Below, one piece after another: positions 9,309-22,780 of a stretch of 64,000 nt of DNA; position 1 is the first letter of the stretch; each line of letters starts with the position of its first letter. The stretch comes from Azolla caroliniana (taxonomy: Eukaryota > Plantae > Polypodiophyta). Below the pieces are notes generated by a model. It was not told the DNA's origin. It did no database searches and was given only the letters and a program-made list of their open reading frames with translations. The position numbers were made by a program, and so were the translations under genes. The stretch is taken from contig JBHGNT010000008.1 of the NCBI GenBank assembly GCA_043228905.1, forward strand, positions 8,680,001 to 8,744,000, given 5' to 3'.

Positions 9309-11632
9309 TGTTGAGAGACAAGCTCAACATCGGCCGGATCGGCTGAAGAAGCCGAGGACCGGATCGGTTGGGACCGATCGGTTAGGCCGAATGCGTAAAC
9401 CGATACGCAGACCGGTGCGTAGGTAGGGCCGGATCGGTGCGTAAACCGGGAGGCTGTTAGGAAAGATATTCCGTGAGGAATATATTTGGGAGTTAGTGTA
9501 GGAGCTCTCAATGAGCATTGAAGTACTGTCAGTACTTCGGTCAGTCCTTCTAGGACTTGTATAAAAGTGTTCATTGAACACACATATGTATAGAGTCGAG
9601 AATAGAGGTTGAATATAGTTCTTGTGTTTTTCTCTCTGTCTCTCCCGCGTATACTGCGTAAGCTCAAGCTCTCCATTAAACCTGAGTGTTCTTCCTTTTG
9701 TTCGGTCTTCATAGTTGCTTCCGCACGCTACTTTTTACATGGTATCAGAGCGCGAGAGTTGAGAACCTCTCTGCAGCCGACAGAGCTTGACGAAGAAGAA
9801 CAAGAAGAACGATGGATAGAGGCATGGCGAGCTCGCTTCCAACAGAGAAGCTCGACAGAACCAACTACGCGTCTTGGTCCTACAAGATGCACCAGTACCT
9901 GCTCGGGCACGGCTACTGGAGTTATGTCAAAGGAGCTAATGACGCGGCACCCGAATCGACACACAGAGACTTCCCGTCGTGGGAGCAATAGGCGAGCAGG
10001 GTATTATACTGCTTCGCGTCGTGTGTGGGTGAACAGCTATTGAGCTATGTTCGGGATGCAAAGACGTCGAAGGGTGCGTGGGAAAGGCATATGATAATTT
10101 AAGTTGGTCTTTTATTACTCAACTTATGTCTTATATGGGTTTTGGGGAAAGGATGTCTCGAATATCACTGTTGGTGGGATTAGATGTAGAGTCACACATT
10201 ATGTTAAATGGTGGAGTTACTAAGGCAATACCATTGAAAAGATCACTTAGACAATGGTGCCCATTGAGTCCATTATTATTTGCAATTGCTACACACCTGA
10301 TTTTGGCGAAGATGCATGAGTTGGCAACAGCGAGGAAGCTTCAGCTCCGACAGGAGTTGAGCAACCTACGACAACGCGACTTGTCGGTGGCAGACTATAC
10401 CTTGAAGATCAAGGATATCTGCGACTCCCTTGCCTCCATAGAGGTGAACATCGAGGAGAGCGAGATGGTCCAGATCTGTCTCGGAGGTTTGGCGTCGAAG
10501 TTCGGAGCGTTCCGAACGGCTGTGTGTACCCGGGAAAATACGCCGTCCTTTTTCGACTTACAGTCAATGCTCCTGGTAGAGGAGAACCACGTGGGTGCGT
10601 CTACAAGCACGCACACCAACAGCAAAATGTTGTACGCGGAGGGAGATAGGCCCCGTGGACGTGGAGGACGAGGCGAGTCGGTGCGCAATGGAGGCGGCCG
10701 ACGAGATCAAGGAAGAAGGCACCGAAGTGATGCCGACAGCAACTCCGGACCCTCCGGAAACAGGGGGAGTCGAAGCGATGAGAACCGGCAAGGGAAGGCC
10801 ATCGCGGAGTGCTGGTACTATGGCAAGAACGGCCACAGGGAAAGTGAGTGCTGGAAGAAGCGCACCGATTCGGAGAGGACCGGTTCTGGAAACGGCTCCG
10901 GACATACCGACAAGGGAAATCGGCAGCGATCGCACTACGCCGAAGACTCCGGGAGAGCCGGAGAAGGGTCTGCCTTCGTGACGAGACACGAAACAACCTC
11001 AATGAAACGGACCACCCCGAGATCGGACGAGGTGTGGTACGTAGACTCCGGCGCGTCAAACTACATGACGAGCCATAAGGAGTGGTTCTCGTACCTTGAA
11101 AAACCGATACAACCTGGAGTAGTCGCAACTGGAGACGACACTCCGCATCCGATCGCGAATGTTGGAGAAGTTCCCCTTAGCCATGTCGGGCAAAAAGGGA
11201 AACTCATGAACGTGCTGCACGTTTCGACAATCACAAAGAACTTGGTATCGGTCGGACAGATCGTCGACCAAGGGATGGAGGTTTGGTTTACACACCTCGG
11301 GTGCTTCATTGAGGAAGAAGGCCGTGTGATTGCGCAAGGGCGCAAAGACAGGAGGATGTTCATCCTTGACTCCACTGACGGTGGCACCGCAATGTTCGCG
11401 AAGGGACGAAAATCCGAGTCAGACATCAACTTGTGGCACAAGCGGATAGGCCATGTCAACTACCAGCGACTTCAAGATTTGCAATCAAAACAGGTAGTGT
11501 TCGGATTGCCAAAATTTACTGGCCGAAAGGCACAAATTTGTGAAGCCTGCCAGCTCGGGAAGCAACACCGACTTCCTTTCCCCAACGAGCGAAACCAGAG
11601 CCAGAACCAGCTCGACCTTATACACTCCGATG
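9309..11632 (+). mobile_element. Ty1/copia element C, 3'-truncated (LTR 9309-9739, PBS 9740-9751, gag-PR-start of IN)
   Basis: TG..CA LTR, TGGTATCAGAGC, gag from ~9812, WYVDSGAS, LWHKRIGH..CEAC, ending at DLIHSDV. Confidence 0.9.
10081..10328 (+). pseudogene. LINE (L1/Tx1-like) reverse transcriptase fragment embedded in frame in copia gag
   Basis: KAYDNLSW...LRQWCPLSPLLF matches non-LTR RT motifs (KAYD, RQGCPLSPLLF); AT-rich relative to its flanks. Confidence 0.8.
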
Positions 11633-13914
11633 TAGCGTTATGTCGGTGAATCGATGTCCTATGCTGTCCGGATCGCGTAAAGTTGGGTCCAACGCGACCC
11701 CTTTCATCTGTAACTCGTTGCCCTCCGGCAAGGGTGCCACGACTGGCCTCACCTTCCGGTCCACAGTCTTCTACTTCGTGTCGACTCGGGCCGTCCGATC
11801 CGACTCGAGTCCTCTACCGAAGTCGGCGATGACTTCGTACATCTTTTCCGAACATACCGGAATTGTTTGGTCTTCACTAAGACCCTCTCCGAATACCTTC
11901 CGTAACTTCCCCAAGGTGTTGTCAAGAGAGATCGCCCCCACAGCTCCGTTGATTTCCTCTTCAGGGGCGAGGACTCCACATGCCCTGAATCGCTCTTCTG
12001 CCCGCTTCTTCTCCCGGCCAATGACGCCGGTTATTGTACAACCTCCGCTGTCGGAGAACCAAAACTTCCTACCTATGGTACAAGGTTTCTTCCCTACAGT
12101 ACATCCATGGGGTTTTCTCGAGGTGTTCGGACTATCGCGGCCCCACGCCTTGATAGCCCTCTCTAAAAATCCCCTCGGCTTTCGCCGCCGAGGGTCTCTC
12201 GGTTCCGCTCATGGTTCGGTCGTACCGTCAGAAACTGGACGGAGTGATGCCCGTCCTGGCTCTTGACTCGTGTGTACGCTGAACCGTTGTCCAACACCTT
12301 CATCTCCATTCGTGCCGTTGTGATGTACGGTTCCCCGAGTATCACCGGATGCGAGGATGTCTCCTGCACAAAGAAGTGATGATCGATCTCGACATCACCG
12401 ATTTTCACTCGTACATTCGAGCAGGCTCCGTGTAGCTCCTTCGTGGCGCGTGTCGCCGCTCGTATTCTCCACTCGTGCTTGGTGTTGATCGGCCCCTTGC
12501 CGTTCTTGTAAAAGTCCATGGACATCAAGTTGATTTCCGAACCGTAGTCTACCAATGCCACCACCGGTTCTTAGACATCTCCGATCTTAATGGGGGTCTC
12601 CGTAGTGGCCCTAGCCCAATGTAGCCTCGAGTAGTGGCTTTCCGCCAACTCGTCTTCCAGGGCCATGTCTTCTAGGTGCGTCATTTGCACCTCCACCGGC
12701 TTCTCTGGCACCGGCTCCATCGAAAGCCTTTTCCGCTTCACCAAGTCTACGATGGAGTCGTGGAACTCCTTCTTCGCAATACCGAGCACCTCCCTCAGCG
12801 ACAACTCCACTTTGCTATCGAGGATCCGTTCCTCCAGGACCTTTTGTAGGTCCGTGGTCCTTTCAATCTCTGTGCTCAGCCGGTAATCGGCCTTCTTAGC
12901 CTTGTCCGGTGCGCCGGATGCACTGACATCATTCTGCTTCGGCCCGAACCGGGTCTCATACAGTTGTGAGGGCCCAGCCCCCCCCCCCCCCCCCTCCTTT
13001 CACGCGCTTATCTTCCACCAGAACCTCGTAGTTCTAGCATGCGGCTTCCACGAAGCTCGTCTTCTCTTCGACCGGATCACTCCACCCGATTACCTCCCGG
13101 ACCCGTCTTTCCGCGCGGTCCGCTTCCTCTTTCCTTAGTCGTATGCCTCGTATGCCGGCTAGGCCTTCCAGCACCAGCTACCAGAACCCGAAGTCCTTTG
13201 TTCTCTGGACTTCATCACTCCCGACTCGGATTCCTACTGACGCCGAGTAGTGGATGGTCTCCGTGTGGCGAGTCGCCGCTTCCTCCATCAGCCGTTTCAT
13301 TCCCCCTCGTCCGACGTTCAAATCCAGGGCCCTCCGGCTTTCGCTAGCGTGTATCCGTCCATTCCACAGGTACACCACGTTGGCCCTTATCGCTTCGGCG
13401 AAGTCTCTGCAGTCCTTTCAGGCGTGGCCGACCGCATCGCACCACAAGCATCGATGCCCAGTCGGATGCCTTCGATCACGGGCTAGTTCGTTGTCGTCCC
13501 TCTATGCCTGTGCAATCTAGAGGTCCCTCACCATTTGAGTCAGCTCCTCCAGAGCCGCTCCTCCGGACGGGCCTCTGACCACGCCGGTCGAAGTCGAGCC
13601 AGCCTCAAGCCAGTCTCGGGTCTCCTCCCTTCGCGTCGATGGGGGTACCTTGAGCTTCCTTGCCGCAACAGAGCCTGCTCCCGCCGAGCCTTTATCGACC
13701 CAATCTCGTCGTTTGTCGAAATGGCCGCAGACTCTCTTCACCACGGTCCAGTCGGCCGTCAGCCCGTCGTTGGTCTCCAGCAGGAGGCCCACTTGCTCCC
13801 GGTCCCTCACGTCCACCAATTTAACAAACAATAGGACACGACTTGTATCCAGTACGGTCTGGTTCAGCGCCGAAAGACACGCGAAGCGTTCTTCAAACTC
13901 CAGGAGGAGCACCG
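11633..13914 (-). mobile_element. Degenerate gypsy fragment B' (gag-protease-pre-RT), same lineage as B
   Basis: HWARATTETP, ALVDYGSEINLMS, ...GGESRGDF* parallel the B protein. Confidence 0.85.
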
Positions 13915-14255
13915 TGTTGTTGGGGTGGGGGGTGAAGCCTAGAATGGCTTCACCCCCCTCCCAAGGGGGTTACGATAGAGAGAGAGAAGGAGAGAGTGAA
14001 AATAAGAACGACACCAAAATAAGAGGGAAAAAGTTATTCATTAGATACCCCATAGGGGGTTTATATAATACATCCAATGTAACGATTACATGACCGTTAT
14101 AAATAAGACCGTTACACATTCTTGTACACATGCACATAATTGTGCATGTGTCCATACACATACTCATCCTCACACACTCATTTACTTTACACATACACAT
14201 CAACCACATCATTACACATACCCTTATGCTTCCCCGTATATTCTTACGGGTAACA
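13915..14255 (-). repeat. LTR of an otherwise unresolved element (probable 3' LTR, minus orientation)
   Basis: TGTT...AACA termini; minus-strand TATATAAA followed by a CT-rich tract; interrupts the B' gag. Confidence 0.65.
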
Positions 14256-15789
14256 CATGGCACACCTGTGGGACAGTGCATTGCAGGATGAACCCACTCT
14301 CTAGGGCAACTCTTCTCGACTGGAACTGCATCGGTCGTCTCAACGGTCGGAAATCCCTCGACCGGATCACTGCTCTATGATCGATAACTTCGATCGGAGC
14401 TTTGCTTGACTCGAACCTTCTCGTTCAGTCATCACAAGTCACGATTGCATCATACATCAATCGGCTAGTACAATGTGGCATGGGTCGTGAAATCATGTTG
14501 TGCTTTTGTGTATTCTTTCTTTCATCATGTGAAGTGAGTTTTATATTTTTAACCTTTTGGTCTTTAAAATTTTTTACCCTTAATTTTTTTGAAATTTTAT
14601 TTTTGGCCCTTTAATATTCAAAATTTTGTATTCTGCCCTCCAACTTTTGGAATTTTCTCTTCATACCCCTCTTCTCTTTCGTGTTATCTCTTCGTCTTTT
14701 GCTTGGCTGTCTTCGCGGTTGTCACTCGACCGTACTCTTGGTCGCGCATCACGGCCGTGTGGCTGTCTGCTCGGGATGAGCTTTACTATGGCCGCCCACT
14801 TGCAGTCTATCTTCCGTCCAGAACTTTGCGCTTGATGTGAGGCCTCATATGGTTTTGCCTAGGTTGTCTGGATCGAATTGATATCATAGAGAGACAAGTG
14901 TAGAGAGTTTGCTAAAGGAATTGATTTTGTGGTGACATCAATGATTTCCCTCATGTATACCCTTTCTTCTTGTTCTTTTTCTTCTCTGCTTCAGTCATGC
15001 CCTCTATCTTCTGTGGTGGCGGTGGTCATGATCATCATCTTCTTCTTCTTCATTCTTTGATGATCACCTTCTTCTCCCGCTTGTTGTCTATCTCTGGCCG
15101 TCTCGGTTCGTAGGCTGTCCATAGTCGTCTCTCTGTGGGTTGTCTCTGTCCGCTCTGTCCTGCGGCCACCTATGGGACCCTTTGTTCGACGGTTGTCACC
15201 GTTTCTCCGGCCGTTCTCTGTCGGACGTCAGTCGACGCCGTCTGGTTCACTGGTCAGCTCGGCTGGTCGGCTCTGCTTGTGACCGTTTGCCGTCGGTCGG
15301 TTCTGTCCGACTGTCTCCGCCTTCTGGTCATGGTCGTCTTTCTATTCGGCCGGCTCTCTGGTTCAGCCGTGCCTTTCTGGCCGTTGCTGTCAGACCGTCA
15401 GACCGTCTCTGTCGTCGTTGATTGTCGGTTGTCGTCATTCATTGTTTGCCGAATGTCTCTAGGTCGTCGCTGTCTGTCTTGCCGACCCTCTCTCTGTTCG
15501 GTTGGCTGTCAAACCTTCTATCCGGCCGTTGCCATCGTCGTTCGTCGGTTGCTGGTTGCTGGACCTTCGTTTTACCAACTGTCTCACAGACTGTCCGACG
15601 GCCTCTACCGGCTGGCCATGGCCGTATGTTCAGTTGTGGATGTGCACACCACATGGCTATGGCCACCATCCTTTTTATTTGCTTCTACTCAGACAAAAGC
15701 AACTCTTTCACCTCCACCATATGGACACCGCTCTTCAGCATCTCTGCATAGTAGTCAACAGGTCTCAAAAAAGGAATTTTGAGAGACTT

Positions 15790-15971
15790 GGAACTTCATG
15801 ACTTTCGTCAAGATCTTGAGTGTAGAAAGCCATCTTTTTTAGTGATATCATCGTGTTCACATTGACCTCTGCATCATTGATGTCAAAGGTAACAGAGATC
15901 GATTGGTGCCAATCGAGTTCTTTAGGCCATCCAATCTCTTCGAGCTTCCCATGGATGGCGATGGAGTACAT
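15790..15971 (-). pseudogene. EBP2: Fragment resembling rRNA-processing protein EBP2
   Basis: KLEEIGWPKELDW...EVNVN...MAFYTQ resembles, from recall, the plant EBP2 segment KL.DI.WP..VDW...VDVNDDLARE.AFYTQAL; degenerate. Confidence 0.55.
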
Positions 15972-16242
15972 ACCTTTCGGACAGAGATTCGCCTCAATTT
16001 TCTACCTAACAAATGCGTGCTACCTAGGATATTCACATCTGCCGACTTGTACCTAAATATATATATTACAACAAAACGTGTGCCTACGTATAAGGGCAAA
16101 TTCGCGCACATTATTCTCCAATTCCTCCTAGGGACGGTTTTCTCCACGACACCACGTTCCAATGCTCTTTGCAAGGATTGCTCATGAACCGGCTCACCAC
16201 CCCGACTGCATATCCAATATCCGGTCGAGTACATACCATCGT

Positions 16243-19200
16243 TGTAAAGAATCAAGAGATGGATTATGTGCAGCGGAATAGATATGAACTCTGTGTGTAT
16301 GAGAGAGAGAGAGTGAGTGAGAGAGAGACAATGAGTAAGACATAGAGAATACGCAAGGTAAAGTATATTAATAAAGGAGAAAGACTCAACATTATACAAG
16401 GTGGGAGGAGGGTGGTTTATATAGTCACCCTCTCTCTTCATTAACTACAAGACTCATAGAGCATGGGGAAAGTGAAAGCTCATAAGTTATGTGTCATAGA
16501 ATATGATTCTATGACTCATACTAAATGCTAGAATACAAAGTGGTGACATAATGGTGACTCTTGACTGTTGGAGTGTCTATTCACTCTCAAGGTGAGTTCA
16601 CACAGTAGACCAAGTTGAGCTTGATTCTCAACACACCCCCTCAAGCTCAAGTCGGGTTGGTTTCAGACAATATCCGTAATCCGCTTCGACTCGCGTTCCA
16701 GAGTCCTCGTCAACTCGCGTTTATGCGGAGTTGCGGAATCCGTGCTCCAGCTTGCATTGTGCGTAGTTGCGAAGTCTTTGCTTCGGCTTGCGTCTTTCTT
16801 CGCGGCTTTGCGCGGTAGATCAGATCTTCTCGGATCCGTTGCGCGGTTGCGGAATCCAGGTGTTATTGCGTAGTGTCTTCAGTACTCCCCCTCAAGCTCG
16901 GCAAGTCAGGGATCGTCAATCCGTGATCAGTCATGAATTGCCATAGCTTGTCGGCTCCTAAGGCTTTAGTGAAGATGTCAGCCGTTTGAAGATTTGTGCT
17001 AATGTGTTGTAGGTCAACATCGCTAGGTAGAACGCGCTCTCGGATGAAGTGATAGTGCACTTCGATGTGCTTTGTCCGCGCGTGGAACACCGAGTTCCAA
17101 GCCAGATAGATATTGCTCATATTGTCGCAATAAAGGGAAGTTGGATCCTTGATGGGTACGCCCAGATCCTTGAGTATCCTTCTGAGCCATACGGCTTCAC
17201 ATGCGGCCATTGCCGCGCCCCTGTATTCCACCTCTATGCTCGAAAGAGCGACGGTTGGTTGCTTTTTTCTGCTCGAGGATATTGCTCCGCTGCCGAGGGA
17301 AAAAACAAATCCAGAGGTTGATCTTCTATCAGCTTTGTAGCCGGCCCAATCGGCATTTGTGTACCCCTCGAGTCGTATTGGCATCGCGGTCTTGTAGAGG
17401 ATGCCGCAATCCATTGTGCCGCTCGCGTATCGTAGAACTCGCTTAGCGCAATCCAAATGAGTATCACGTGGTGTTTGCATGAATTGACTAAGGAGACCGA
17501 CCGGATAACTGAGATCGGGTCGTGTGATCGTGAGGTAGATGAGACTCCCGATGAGTTGCCGATACTGAGTCGGCTCACACACTTTGGTGCCGGAGTTCGC
17601 ATCTAGTTTGAGATTGCGATCGAGCGGAGTTTCCACGTATTTGCACTCAACCATACCGAACTTGTATAACAAGGTGAGGATGTAGTGTCGTTGAGAGATC
17701 ATAATTCCGGCCGGAATCCGAATTACCTCGATACCGAGGAAGTAGTGGAGCTCCTTCATGTCCGTCATCTCGAACTTGTCGAAAAGGAGGGATTTGACCT
17801 TATTGATTTCAACGAGATGCTCACCTCCAATGACTAGGTCATCCACATATAAGATGATGAATGATCGGACTTGTGGAATCGCTTCGTATGTAGAGGGAGT
17901 TGTCCGATTTTGACATACGGAAGCTAATTTCATGAAGATATTGCGTTATCTTCGAATGCCAAGCACATGGTGCTTGCTTGAGGCCATAGAGTGGCTTTTT
18001 GAGTCGGCATACAATTTTCGGATGGGTGCTCAAGTTGAAGCCGGGTGGTTGTATCATGTACACCTCCTCTTCTAATTCACCTTGTATAAAGGCGTTCTTG
18101 ACGTCCACTTGATGGAGGTGCCACCCTTTCGCCGCGGCAAGCGCAATTACGGTCCGTACTGTCGTCATCTTTGCCATCGGGGCAAAGGTCTCTTCGTAGT
18201 CAACTCCCGTGTGTTTGTGCGTAGCCTTTCGCTACGATTCGCGCTTTGTAGCGGTTGACGGAACCGTCGACGTTGTACTTCACTTGGTAAATCCATCTGC
18301 ATCTGATTGCCTTTTTGTGTGGTGAGGTGGGAACGAGATCCCATGTCTCGTTATTGCGTAGTGCCTACATCTCCTCGTTCATGGCTTCGATCCATCACAG
18401 ATCCTTGGCTGCTTCGGATAATGTTTCCAGCTCACGTACTGTCGCCACCTTCATCATAAAGGCAGAGTGAGATGCCATGTAGTCGTTGTAGCCAAATCGG
18501 CTGACTGTATTCTTATCATGGGTGGAGCGACAGAGCTTTTCATTTGCAAAGATGAGGGCTTTCTTAGCTCCGATTGGTACATCGAAGCCGCCGAAGTCAC
18601 TGTCAAGTGAGTGAATCAATTCATCGTCATCGAAGCGATCATCTTCGTGTTCCGACATTTTTGCCTTGCCTTTGTCCATCTTCGGGCTAGGCCGTGATGT
18701 GCTTTGATCGCTCAAAGGCTCTTGTGGTCCGCTTAGTCGGGTCGTGATCAGACTTTCTTCGAACATGCGCGTAAGGCGATCTTCATCCTCTATCTCTTGT
18801 TCGGCGGATTCTGGGTCGAGCGAAGTCGGAGTCAAAGTTGTCTCTGGTGCGTACCAGGATGCGGACTTGTCAAAAACGATGTCTCGACTTACTCGAGATT
18901 TTCGAGTTGAGGGATTGTAGCACTTGTACCCCTTTTGCTCCAGTGAGTATCCTATGAGGATACATTTCTCCAACACCGTGTCAAGCTTTTGACGCTTCTC
19001 ATCGGCGAAGAAGGAGGGAGATTTCTCCCTTGCTAGAACGGCGGTTCGTATCGCGCCGAACCATGGTGCAAGGCTGCCGAGGCATATTTGCACCATCTCA
19101 TCAACATCAATGTTTACACTTATTGAGCCGAGCGAGTCGCAAAGCTCATTGATCTTCAAGGTGTATGCCGTGATGGACATGTCCCTTTGTTTAATGTTGT

Positions 19201-20077
19201 TCAACTCTTGGCGGAGTTGAAGCCTTCTTGCGGTTGTGTTCGCTGCGAAAATCTTTCGTAGATTTTCCCATGCCTCCTTCGGTGTCTTGGCTTCGCGAAT
19301 GTAGCCGAGCATGTGATCGTGAACACATGTCGCCAAGCAATACATCATGCGGCTTGCGGCTTGCTCCCATGTTGCGTATCCGGGAGCCGTTTCAATGGGT
19401 CGGTCTTTGTGCGCTCCTTTGATGTAGCTCCAATAGCCTTGTCCGACAAGGTATTGGTGCATCTTGTACTCCCAAGATGCAAAATTGTTTCAATCCAACT
19501 TCTCAGTACGGAGAGCACTCCCCATTTGAGTATTCATTATGTCGATTCTTCTTCTTCTTCTTCTCTCTTCGAATGTGAGCTATGTAGCAAAGCTACAATA
19601 GCGATGGGTTGGTTCTTGGTCGTCGGCATAGGACACAACGCACGCGGATGGGCTAGATCGAGCTACCAAGCCGCTCTAATACCATGTAAAGAATCAAGAG
19701 ATGGATTCTGTGCAGCGGAATAGATATGAACTCTGTGTATGTATGAGAGAGTGAGAGAGAGAGAGAGAGAGACAAGGAGTAAGACATAGAGAATACGCAA
19801 GGTAAAGTATATTAACAAAGGACAAAGACTCAACATTATACAAGGTGGGAGGAGGGTGCTTTATATAGTCACCCTCTCTCTTCATTAACTACAAGACTCA
19901 TAGAGCATGGGGAATGTGAAAGCTCATAAGTTATGTGTCATAGAATATGATTCTATGACTCATACTAAATGCTAGAATACAAAGTGGTGACATAATGGTG
20001 ACTCCTAACCGTTGGAGTGTCTATTCACTCTCAAGGTGAGTTCACACAATAGACCAAGTTGAGCTTGATTCTCAACA
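16243..20077 (-). mobile_element. Ty1/copia element E with internal deletion
   Basis: LTRs 16243-16633 and 19685-20077; TSD ATCGT at 16238-16242 and 20078-20082; PBS 19673-19684; RT/RH 16863-18300. Confidence 0.93.
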
Positions 20078-22734
20078 ATCGTGTACATCAAACTCCCAAC
20101 GGCAGAAGCATATGGTATCTTCATCATATCCATCTTCTCCGCCTTTTTCCTCGGGCTTCGTTTCCCGGATAGCTTGCAGTTTGCTGGAAGCGTCGATCTA
20201 ACCGGTTTCGCCTCCGACATGTTGAATCTTAGAAGCACCTTTGTCACATACTTCTCTTGTGACAACCACAATAGCTTCTTCGACCGGTCCCGGATGATGT
20301 GCATTCCCAATATCTGTCTTGCCGAACCCAAGTCTTTCATTGAGAAGGTCCGGTTTAGAGCCTTCTTCAGCATATGAATCTTGCCTTGGTCTCATCCGAC
20401 GATCAGCATATCATCCACATATAGGAGTATCAGGAAGTCTCCTTCATCAAATTTCTTCACAAACACACAATGATCGGCTTGCGTCTTGTGGTACCCTTGG
20501 TTGGTCATGAAGGAGTCAAACTTCTGGTACCATTGCCGGGGGGCTTGCTTCAGTCCATATAGGCTCTCTTCAGTCGGCACACCAGGTGCTCCTTCCCTTT
20601 CTTCTCAAATCCTTCTAGTTGATGCATGTAGATCTCCTCTTCGAGGTCACCATGGAGGAATGTTGTCTTCACGTCCGGTTGCTCTACCTCGAGGTCCATG
20701 CTTGCTGCTATGCCCAATACCGTTCGGATGGATGTCATCTTTACTACCGGCGCAAAGATCTCATCAAAGTCCACTCCTTTCTTTTGTTGGAATCCCTTCA
20801 CCACGATTTGGGCCTTATATCTTGGTGGATTCCGGATGTCTCTCGGTTTCAGTTTGTACACCCACTTGTTCCGGAGTGCTCTCTTCCCTTTCGGCAACTC
20901 CTTCAGTTCATATGTGTGGTTCTCATTCAGGGAATCCATCTCTTCCTGCATGGCACTCATCCACTTGCGGTTGTGGGTGTATCTCTTTGCTTCTCCGAAG
21001 CTTTCCGGCTCCCCCTCCTCAGTTCGCAACACATGCTCTGCATCCGGAAATCTCCGGGGGGCTCTTCTTTCACAAAGAGGATATCTCCGTCCTTGGCTTC
21101 TGACTACCAATTCCTCCGTTTGTTCCGAATCCGAATCCAATTCGGGATCTTGTCTAGTTCCGGTGTCTTCTTCTTCTTCTTCTTCTTCTTCCTCTGTCGG
21201 TTCGGTTTCTTGTCCCTATCCGCCCGACTCGTCGAGTGTCATTTGGTTTCCGGCTAACATCTGGTTTCCAACTGGGTAGGTCCTTGTGTCCTCAGGCCAG
21301 TTTTCATTGGATGATCTAGAGTTAGTCATCTTCTTCTCCGACTCCCAGTCGGAAATGGTCTTGTCTTCCATGAAGACTATGTCCTGACTTCGGAACACCT
21401 TCTTGTCGACCAGATCCCACACCCGGTAACTGAACTCATCATTGTCGTATCCAAGGAATATGCATGGCCTGGACTTCGGATCCAGCTTCCTTTGCCACAT
21501 GTACATATGTGAGACACCTGAACACCTTCAGATGCTGGTAAGAGACATCTTTACCAGTCCATACTTTCTGAGGTGAGTCTCCTCCCAAGGGTACTGAGGG
21601 TGATCTGTTTATCACATAGGTCGTTGTCATCAGCGCCTCAGCCCAAAACGTCTTAGGTAACTTGGCATGTGTGAGCATGCTCCAGACTCTCTCCATTATG
21701 GTCCGATTCATCCTTTCAGCCAGCCCATTCAATTCCGGCGTCTTCGGCACGCTGAATTCAAGCCAAATTCCCTTCGACTAGCAGTACTCCTCGAACTGCC
21801 CCTGGTATTCTCCTCCGTTATGTACTCAAACCGCCTTTAGCTTCGGGTCAGATTCTCTTTCCACTCTCCCGTGGAGCTCCTTGAAGACGAATAGCACCTG
21901 ATCCTTCGTCTTCAACGGCAAGACCCATAGCTTCCGGCTGTGGTCATCAATGAACGTCATGAAGTACTGCAATCCGGCATGTGACTTCGTGTCCCCTTGA
22001 CACACATCGGTATGCACCAACTCCAGTGGTGCATTCTGTCTCATCGATGGTCTTGACCGGAAGGAGGTTCGATTTTGCTTTCCAGACAAGCAATCGATGC
22101 ACTTCTCAAGTTGCACATCCTTCACCGGAATGAGGTTGTCATCAGCAAGCCTCTTCATCCCCTTCTCACTCATGTGACACAGTCTTTTGTGCCACAGCTC
22201 ACCGGTAGTGTCGGATACTACGTACAGTGTGTTGACCTTCCGGGCTTGTGCCACTATTAGAATCCCTTTGTTGAACTTCATGACTCCGTTCCGGATGCTA
22301 CCTGTGTAGCCTTCATCATCCAGCCGGCCGGTTGATATCAGGTTCAGTCAAACCTCCGGAACGTGTCGGACATCCTTTAGCAACAGGTTGCATCCGGTTG
22401 ATGTCGTCAACAGCACATCTCCTATGCCGATAATGTTAGGAAACAGGTCCCTTCGGATGGGAAGTGAAAAGAACAGTGATATGGAGTACCCGGCAACGGA
22501 AGACCCGGTGAGAGCCGGATGACGAGTACCCGGCAAGAACCGGATGGTGAAGACCCAGTGAGAACCGGACGACTTGTGCCCGGCAAGCGCTGGATGATGC
22601 AGGCCCAGTGAGGAGTGCTCACCGGATGAAGGGACATATTTGTAAATATGTTTCTGAGAGTTCATCGGGGCTATATTTGTAAATAGCCGAAAAGTCATAT
22701 TAGTATAAATATGACTTAGGGGAAACTTAATATG

Positions 22735-22735
22735 C

Positions 22736-22777
<42 letters not shown>

Positions 22778-22780
22778 AGT
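22735..22780. repeat. (GTT)n microsatellite in the 5' LTR of F
   Basis: Direct reading. Confidence 0.9.

Noticed and set aside
15135-15782. 215-aa ORF as a gene
   Set aside because: Non-ATG start, low-complexity CG/T-rich DNA and no recognisable domain.
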